A model generated the notes under the pieces. It saw only the letters and a list, made by a program, of their open reading frames with translations. It searched no databases and had not been told where the DNA came from. Shown in pieces: positions 46,253 through 55,200 of a DNA stretch of 64,000 nucleotides. Position 1 is the stretch's first letter; every line of letters starts with the position of its first letter. The position numbers and the translations under genes are program-made. Origin of the DNA: Candidatus Hydrogenedentota bacterium (GTDB lineage Bacteria > Hydrogenedentota > Hydrogenedentia > Hydrogenedentales > JAJRTN01). The DNA lies in contig JAJRTN010000045.1 of NCBI GenBank assembly GCA_024278275.1, forward strand, positions 14,560 to 78,559, given 5' to 3'.

Positions 46253-49200
46253 TTACGCTTTGTTTCGCATTTTAGCGCGGCACGCGCCCAGCAGCAAGGC
46301 CAAAACCGCCATCAAGGCGATCAGATCGCCGCCGGCACCCGACTCCGCGGAACCCGCCGCACACCCGATTCCAGGAATGTCGGGCGAGTTGAGATACTCG
46401 AATCCGTTCACCAAAACATCTTCCTTGCCTTTGCTCTCGTCGCGCACGGTCACATCCAGGGGACCGGTCTTCGAGATACCACCGGCGGGGAAGCCCACAT
46501 TCACCCAACTGCCGTCGCCGGCAACATTGAGAACCTGCATTTCCGTATCACCAAAGTACACGGACAAGCTGCCCTCACCACCGAAGTTGGCACCATGTAC
46601 CACCACGGGGAAGACCGCCTGCGTACCCCGGTCCGGCTCTACGCGGATCACCTTCGGGCCATCCTGCGTGGAGCCGCCCACCAGGCTGAAGAGATCGGAA
46701 CGAACGGTTTCCTCCCGGGTCGCCGGATTCTTCACGATCAGAATGATCGGTTCCACGGGCGGCTCGTCGATGCGGGAACTGATGGTAACATCAATGGTGT
46801 TATCGGTCGCCGCAGTGATCACCACGTCGTAACCACTCAACAGCACCTCCGGGTCGGAGCCGAAGCCACGCCCACGGATAACGAACTCGAAGGGCTCGCC
46901 GGGCAACGTCTGGGCGGGCAAGGCCGTCTCGCTGACACCGTCAATCACCACGGAAACGGGCGAAAGCGGCTTCTTGCGCGCCTCGATAACTCCCGAACGC
47001 TGTTTCTTCGCGGAGTGACTGCGCACCCAGTTGATACCGCTGGTATCGGGCCGTTGCCTGGCTTCATTCCCATCCATGAAGTACCGCGTGGGCGGCTCCT
47101 TGAAGAAGCTGATAAAGCCCAAGCCGCGGCTGCCCCAGTTGAATTCCTCGAACTGCTTGTAGCCGTCCCGGTCACCACCGGACAGGCGCGCCCATGTGTC
47201 GGGATCGGGTTCCGACGGGGTGTTGGGACCCCAGGAAACAATACCGACACGGAAATCATCGTTCTCTTCCATGGTATCACTCGCGCGAATTACCAGGAAG
47301 AATTCCGCGCCGTGGTCCGGATCCGTGGTCCGTCGTCCAAAGCTGTCGGGAATCCACTGGCGGTGATTCGTCTGCTGCGCCATGGGCACGGGGACATCGT
47401 CCGTACCGGGGGTGGAGAAGACGAACTTGACCTGTGTCGACTCGCCGGAAACGCCGGAGAAGAAGGGGGCCACATCCAATTCGACCGGGAGGTCGATATC
47501 GGCATCGAAGATCCCGTTCCGGTTCCGCGGGTCGTTGTCATTATCACGGTAAAGCGCCAGACCGCTAATCCGCGGATCAATACTCAGGGGCAACAGGTCG
47601 GTGACGGGATTGAAGTTTCCGTTCGCACCCTGATCATAAAGCTCCACGATAAGCTGTTCGAGGAAGGTGGGATCGCGAACGATGCGCCACGGTCCCTCGG
47701 CCGGCGTGCCAAAGCGGAGTGAAAGCTGGTCCACCGTGTTCGACACGATCTCGAAGGCATGGTACTCCTTGTCCACGAGCCAATCTCCGGCGAACTCATC
47801 TTCCGCCCAAGCCGCGCCCACCGCGGTAAACCCGGCGGGAAGCCCCACGCCCGCGTCCCCCGTGGCCAGCGTGGCATCGGGGCGATTCGTGGATGCATCC
47901 ACCCCCATAACCGCCATGGCCGCGCCGCCAATGGTCAGCTTCTGCGTCGCATTGGTGAGGTTCAGGATGTGATGCGGCACATTGACTTCCATCATGTCAT
48001 GACCATAGAAGTCCTGTACCGGATCCTCATCGGGGCTGGTCTTGGTGTAGGCCGACGGACTGGTATTTATCTCGGGGAAGAACTGAATACCAGCCTGCCG
48101 TTCTTCGGGGCGTCGCGACGGCAAGGTGGCGGGCACCAGCACGCGGAATTGCTCGAAACGCCGGGCCTTGTCCGAGGTCTTCACCGTGATGAAGAGGTCG
48201 TCACCACCTTGGTCAACGGCCGGATCAAGGGCCTTTTCGTCCGGTCCGCCGGACTGGAGGATTTCCGCTTCTATCGTTGAAAGCTGCTTCTGAAGCGCCT
48301 CCGCCTCTTTCGTTCCGCCGAAGAAATTGGCGCCGACGCACCAACGCAGAATGAAATTAAAGGCGATACCGGTGGTCAGGTTGTCGTTGTGCGGCAACGG
48401 CCAAACCTCGCCCGGTTCGATTTCGACAACCCAGGCCAAGTCATTGCTATCCGCCACGCCATCGCCATTGAGGTCGTCCGGCGCGCCATCACCGTCCAGG
48501 TCGATGGGTTCAGGACTGGACGCCCACTGCAGATTGCGCAGGGGCACCACGTCATCAAAAGCATCGAAAACCGGCAGGGCATCCGCGTAATCGGCAATGG
48601 GGCCCGGCGTGAAGAACACACCGTTCTGATCCGCGTCCTCCCACAGGAGAATGCCCGAATCCAGATCGCTGCCGTCGGGGTCCAGGGGCGCCAGGTCATC
48701 CGGCGTGAAGTCGGGCCCCCAGAACGCCAGGGTAATCTTCGCCAGGCTGGGTTCCTGGCGGCCATTGACAATAATGTCATCCACGCCGGCGAGGTTGATA
48801 CCCAGCATGGCGGTCTGATTGCTGTCAACATCGATCTTCTGGGTCAGCAACCGGGCCTGTGTTTCCTCCAGGGGCCAGTCGCTCGCACGGGGATACTCAC
48901 CGGGGGCAAGCAGGGCGGGCCAGGTCGCATAAGCCGGCATGTTCGGCTGGAACGGGGGCGTCGCGTAGGCCGATGAACGATTGTCACCATCCAGCGAATT
49001 GAGGAATGGCACGGTCTCATAGGCGTACTGCCAGCTTTCATCATAGGTGAAGTTGATACCGTTTCCGATCCCCGCGTCTCCCGCACTCAGCGGAATGGAC
49101 AAACTGCCGAAGACGGACCAGTAGGTGACTCCCACACTGTGAAGATTGAGGAATTGGCTGCGAAGGAGACCGAAAGGATCCATCCAGCGGTCGAAATCCG

Positions 49201-52200
49201 TGGGGTCGTCCAACCCGTCGGCAAAGCCGTAACAGACCGAGCCGAAGGACGATCTCGAACCCCTTCCGAAGAAAATATCGGCTCTGAAGGCATACTCCGA
49301 ATCCGACTCATAGGTCAGGGTCAGATCGTGGACGTCCACCGTGCTGCGAAGCGGCTTGGCCGCGCTCGCGTTATGGGTCCGCTGGGGCCACCAAGGCTCC
49401 ACCGCCCCCCACTGCGGGTAGTCCTGCCAGGGCGCCCCGAAGAAATCGGGGTAGGCCAGGGAACCCTGCGCGGGGATCATACTGCTCAGATAGATTCCAC
49501 CGTCCTCGTGGCCAAAGCGGGCGTTGAAGCGCCGCGGCTCGATGAACACGCGGAAGTCCGCGCCGGCGGTAATGCCTCCCCCCGTGTTGGGTCCCATGGA
49601 GATATCCTGATAACCACTGTCGGTGCGGATAACCAGGAAGTAGTCAAATGTCCACGAACTGATGGGATCGGTGAAAACATTATCCGGCGTCGGCTCGAGG
49701 AAACCCGCCACGTTGGTTTCGTCCTCGGTCTCGGCGAGGGGCCGCCGCTCGCCGAAGATGAATTTCATTTTGAGTTTCCACCACGGATCACCACCGCCCG
49801 GAGGATTGGCGATATATTCCCAGCCCTGATCCTGGAAGAAGCTGCTCCCCATGCCAGGGAACATGGGCCGGTCGGTAAAGGTGATGCCGCCGCCGGGCAC
49901 CTGGGTGGGCGGATCGAAGATCCCGTTGTTGTTTGTATCGGACCACACCCAAACGCCGTTGAACGAGAAGTCATGTTCCAGGACCGGCTCGTACGTGGGA
50001 TACTCGTCGTAAGTGATCTCGTTCATACCGGTGATGGGATTGAAACCACCGTTGCCGGGCGGCCCCAGGGGATCCGCGCCGATGTCGGTCATGATCACGT
50101 TCACCTCGCGCAGCTCCGCCGCGGGACGATCCGCGAAAATAGTCCGGAAGCCCACATCGGGATCATATTGGTCGAAGTGGAGCGATTTGGTGGAGTGGAT
50201 GTTCAGGCCCAAAACGGGGAACCATGCTTCCATGGGCACCAACTGACGGATACGCAGGAACTCACCCGAGAAGCTGTCCAGCAACTGGTCGAAAGCGTTC
50301 CAGCGTGGCCGTGTAAACTCGGCCACCGGCGTGTACATGTAGTGCGGGGCCGTCCAGGTATTCACCATCCCCAGGCCATCCTGGATCAACGGCGTACCAC
50401 GCATCTCGAAAACGGAAAAGCTGGAAGCGTAAGCGTCGGTGTTCTCCAGGATTTCACCCGTCAGGAAATCCGGCGTGTAGCTGTCCAACGGTGCGCCGTC
50501 ATCACCCAGGGGGAAGTTGCCGTTAAGCGTCACCATTTGGGCGAAGAGGGCATCGGCGCTCATGGTAAGCTGACTGCGCCACGTGGCGGATGTCCGCACC
50601 GCGAGGACGTAAGACGCACCGTCCACCGTGTTGTCCACGTCCGGAGCGGCCGTGATATTCACCAGCGGCGTCCCCGTGTCATCGAGGAAATTGAGATCAT
50701 AGCTGATGAATCCGTCGTTCCCCGTGGCCACGCCGTAAGGCGCGCCGTCGTTGGCCCAACGGGCAATGAGCACGTCGAAGTCACTTAACACACCATTGTT
50801 GGCATCATCGCCACCGTCAAAGACTTCCCGGAACAGGCCGAATTCAAGCAGATCGCTCTGGTCCGGACCACCGGCGTTCAGGTAACCCAAATCCCTGCTG
50901 CTGTCATCATCACCATGAATGATGTACCGCAGGCGGGCCAGGTTGCGCGGCGCGGGCGCATCCACGCCATAGTTCATGGTGAAACGAAGCAGGGGCACCC
51001 AGTCACACAGGGGCACCAGCGCTTCACGGTCGCGAACGGCGGATTCGATGGTGAAGTTGGCCGGATCGGTCGCGATCTCGCCCTCGCCCTCACCCTCGGC
51101 GCCTCCCGCGAGAATCACCTGCACGTAGTCCTGGCGAACACGCTCGTTACGAACCAACTCGCCCGTACCGCTCTCGCGGAAGGTCACCTCCAAGGTCACC
51201 GTGTAGAAGCCGGGAGCGGTATAGAGGTGAGTCGGGTTGGCCTGGGAAGATTCGTCACCCGTGGACTGATCACCAAAGTCCCAGAAATAGGACTCGATGG
51301 CATGGTTCGGCCCGGGGTCGGTCTCGGCGCTGCTGAAACTGACCGCGGCGACACCGTTGGCCAGGGTCACCACCAGGGGTTGCGCGCTGAAATCGGCAAA
51401 GGGCGTCTCGATGATCTCGATATAATCATCCTTGAAAAGGGTGATCTCCGTCCCGAAGCGATCCACGATGGTCACGCTGACCGAATAGACCCCGGTCTGC
51501 CCGTAGACATGGGTGGGACTCTGCTCGAAACGGTCGTCGCCCGTGCTGCCATCGCCAAAGTCCCACGTCACGGTACTGATATTCTGGGGCTGGTTGCTGA
51601 GGATCTGGAAGGCCACCTCCTCGCCGAGGGCCTGCCGCACCGGCGTGGCCTCGAAATCGAAGGTCGGCGTTTCAAGCGCTGTAATCGGGGCGGTACGGGC
51701 AAACTTGTTCGGGTTGGTGCGCACCCAGTAACGGATGTTCGGATCCCGGTCGTCCTGGCTGTGATCCACTTCCTCGGCGGGCACGAAACGCTGTGCCTCG
51801 TAACTGTAGGTCCAGTTATAGACCGGGGGCGGATCCTGGAAGAAAGAGATCAGACCGATCCCGCGCGCGCCCCAGGGGAATTCGGAGAAGATATCGAACT
51901 CGTCTTCGCGCTGCTGCCGAAGATCGCCCGGCTCCAGGGTGACCGAGAAATTATCCGGGTCGGGTTCGGTCGGCGTGTTGGGTCCCCACGAGACGATGGC
52001 CGCGGCGAAATCATCACCTTGGCTCATCAACAACGAGGGACGTACCACGACGAAGAAATCGGGGCCGTAGGCATCCTCGGAGATGGTCCGCCCGAAGGTC
52101 TGGGGAATCACCTGGCGGAGCCTCGGCTGGGTCTCGTAGGGCACTACCGGTTCGGGACGGCCCACGATGTTGTCGGTGCCGGGCGAGGAGAAGACCATCT

Positions 52201-55200
52201 TGACCTGGTACTGGGGCTCCCCGGCGCGCCCGATGCGGATGGGCGGATCGTCGAGCCGCACGGGCAAGTCGATATACTCCACCACCGCGCCCGTATCGGG
52301 ATCCAGCACGGGCGGATCAAAGACACCGTTGGTGTTCAGGGGATGGAGATCGTTGTCACGATAGAGCGACACACCGCTCCGGAAACCCCGAACCGGGTCC
52401 TCGTAGTTCAGTTCGAGGAAGTCCACCGGCAGGCGGAACTGGCCGTCCCGGCCCACGTCATAGAATTCGACAATAACCTGCTCCAGGAAGGTCGGGTCCT
52501 TCACCACATACCACTCGCTGCCCGCGCGGGGCGCGCCGGCGAGGAGGGTCAACGTATTACCGGCAACACCCGTGATCTGGAAGGCCTCCACGGCATCCAC
52601 CGCGTTGAGATCATAGGCCGCTTGCTTGCCCGTGTCCCCCGTCACCTGGTTCAGGCCGACAAGCCACAACCCCACCCAACCGTCGGGCGTGCCGTGCGGA
52701 TCAGCCGGATCGGTAATACCGGTCTCGTAATCGGTGATCTCGAACGTGTTGACCCCGGCGATGGTCCCCACCCCGGAGCCCCGGGCAATCAGGTTGTCCG
52801 GACGATTGTTGGACAGGTCAAGGCCCAACACGGCCACGGGCGGACCGCCCGGGGCCACGGCCGGCGTACCGGCGGGAGTGACCTCGAGGGAACCTGTCAG
52901 ATCCAGAATGCGGGTCGGAACATTGGCCTGCGCCATGTCATGGCTGTAGAAGTCCTGCACCGCGCCCTCGTCGGGATTGCTCTTCTGGTAACTATTCACC
53001 ACGGTGTAGGCAAACGGGGCCAGTTGAATGCCGCCATGACCGCTTACCACGGGGTTGGGCGGCACACTGCGCTCCGGCAGGCGTGCCGGGACAACACAAC
53101 GGAACTGCTCGAACGCGGCGATATCACCGGAGGTGCGCACCACGACGAAAAGATCGTCGCCTTCCGAACCGCCGGCCGCCAACGCCTTGGTGTTCGTGAC
53201 GGAATCCGGCACGGAAGCCAGGTCATACAGGCTGGGCTGGGCCGTCGAATAGAACGGACTGGCCAGCGCCTTCTCGGCGGGGCTCGCCCCGGCGATGGGC
53301 GGCGCGGCACCCGGCGGCGTCGATATGGGCGCGCCGGTCCGGCGGTCGGACTGGGGCAGGTTCCACGTTCCACGGGGCTGCAAGCGCAACACCCACGCCA
53401 AGTCGCTCAGGCCGTCCCAGCGGGCGGCCTCCGCGCCGGTAATCTCCCCGTTCGCAATCGCGGTTTGCACGAGGGCATCAATCTCGGAAGGCGTCAGCCC
53501 CGCCACCTCGTGGAGGAAGACCACGCCGTCACCGCTCATGTCGTCGGCAACATCGTCCCCGTCCAGATCGATGGCCTCGGGGCTTTGCGCCCACTGAAGC
53601 GTACCCGGCTCCAACGGTACAATCGCGTCGGTAAGGGCGGGTACCGGCGAGAAATCAAAGAACACCGGCGGGTTATACACGCCGCTGGCATTGGAATCCT
53701 CGTAAAGCAACACACCGGAAGTCACCTGCGTGCCATTGGGATCGAGGGCCGCTAAATCACGCCGGTCGAAATCCGGTCCCCAGAAGGCGATGGTGATGCT
53801 GTCGAGGGACACGCTGTTGTTCTGGTTCACGATGAAGTCATCCGTGCCCGCCAGGTTGATACCCAGCATGGCCATGGGCTCGGACTCGGCTTCAACATGC
53901 TGTTTCAGCAGACGCGCGGCACGGGCGCCCTGGTCCTCGGGCTTCACCGGGAAGTTCGGCTCATGCAGCGGGAGCGCACCACCGATGCGCGGGCTCAACC
54001 CCGCCTTCCAGTCAGTGGCATGGGGATAGGTGCCGCGCGGCTTGGCCACGTCGGTCACGGCCCAACGACCGCGGGAAATGGCGAAATCCTCGCCTTCCGG
54101 CACACCAAAGGGCCAATCCGGCAGGTTCAGCACGCCGTCGGGGTAGACGGCCAGCGTGGCCGGACGGTCCGGGAAGCGCGCGAACTTGTCCATGTAGGCA
54201 TTGTGCCCGCGCATCAGGAAGAGGGTGTTCCCATTGTTCCCGGTGATCTTGTAGCGGTTGCCCGCGCGATCCACGAGCCACTTGCCCGCGAGGGTATCCA
54301 CCCCCGAAAAAGCGCCGTCCTCGAGAACAAAGGCATACACGTCATCCGAATAGGTGGATTCGGAATCGGGCGAGGTCGGGATGGCATAGGGTTCGTTGGT
54401 CACGCCTTCGTCGTAGAGGTAACAGTAACTCTCCTCGCCCCAGGCCAGGGCAATCGTGTTCAGCGGCCAGGACGTATCAAAGGCCAGGTAGTCCCGCGTA
54501 TCACGGAAGCGCGGCAGGGTCGGCTGTTCGGCGGGTTCGGGGTAGAAACTCGACCGGGGGTAGGTGGCCTGGCCGTCGATGGCGTCCGCGGTCAGGTCAA
54601 AGGGCACCGTCTCGTAAGCGTACTGGATCGCTGTAAGCGCGTCGTCGCCCGTCAGGTTCTCGGAGACATCCCGTTCCACGCCCACGGAAGCCGGGGGCGT
54701 AAAGCGGCTTTGCAGCATACCGTATTTGATCAACGTCGGCGGAACGTCCGGACCGAGGGTGTCGAGAATCGGCGGATCAACCCACAGCGAAAAGAGCGTT
54801 CGCCCAACAGACAAATCGGTATTGGGCACGGGAGTCGGCGGATTCTGGGCGATATTGATATAGGTTTCCTTGGCAAACACGTTGTTCGTGCTGTAGGTCA
54901 GCACCAAGTCGTGAATCTCGATCCCCCCCTGCTGTATCTTCGCGTTGTCCCGGTTCAGCGAACGCTCGGTCCACCACGGCTGGGGCGCCATGAAGACGGG
55001 CACGCAATTGTCCGGCGTGCTGCAATCCATGGTGATGCTGGTTTCGTCGCGGGCAGGGTTATCCTGTCCAATCACCCCCACGGGCGCAGGAATGTCGGAA
55101 CTGAAAAGGATGCCGCCGTCGTTATGGCCGCCATGAAGCGGGTTCCACCGGCGCGGCTCGATGAAGGCCCGGAAATCCGCGCCCACGGGCAGCCCCGTAC

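Noticed and set aside
44426-47722. 1,098-aa plus-strand ORF spanning metzincin and giant gene
   Set aside because: Antisense to two genes with clear signal peptides and catalytic or domain motifs. Composition is typical of a GC-rich reverse frame.
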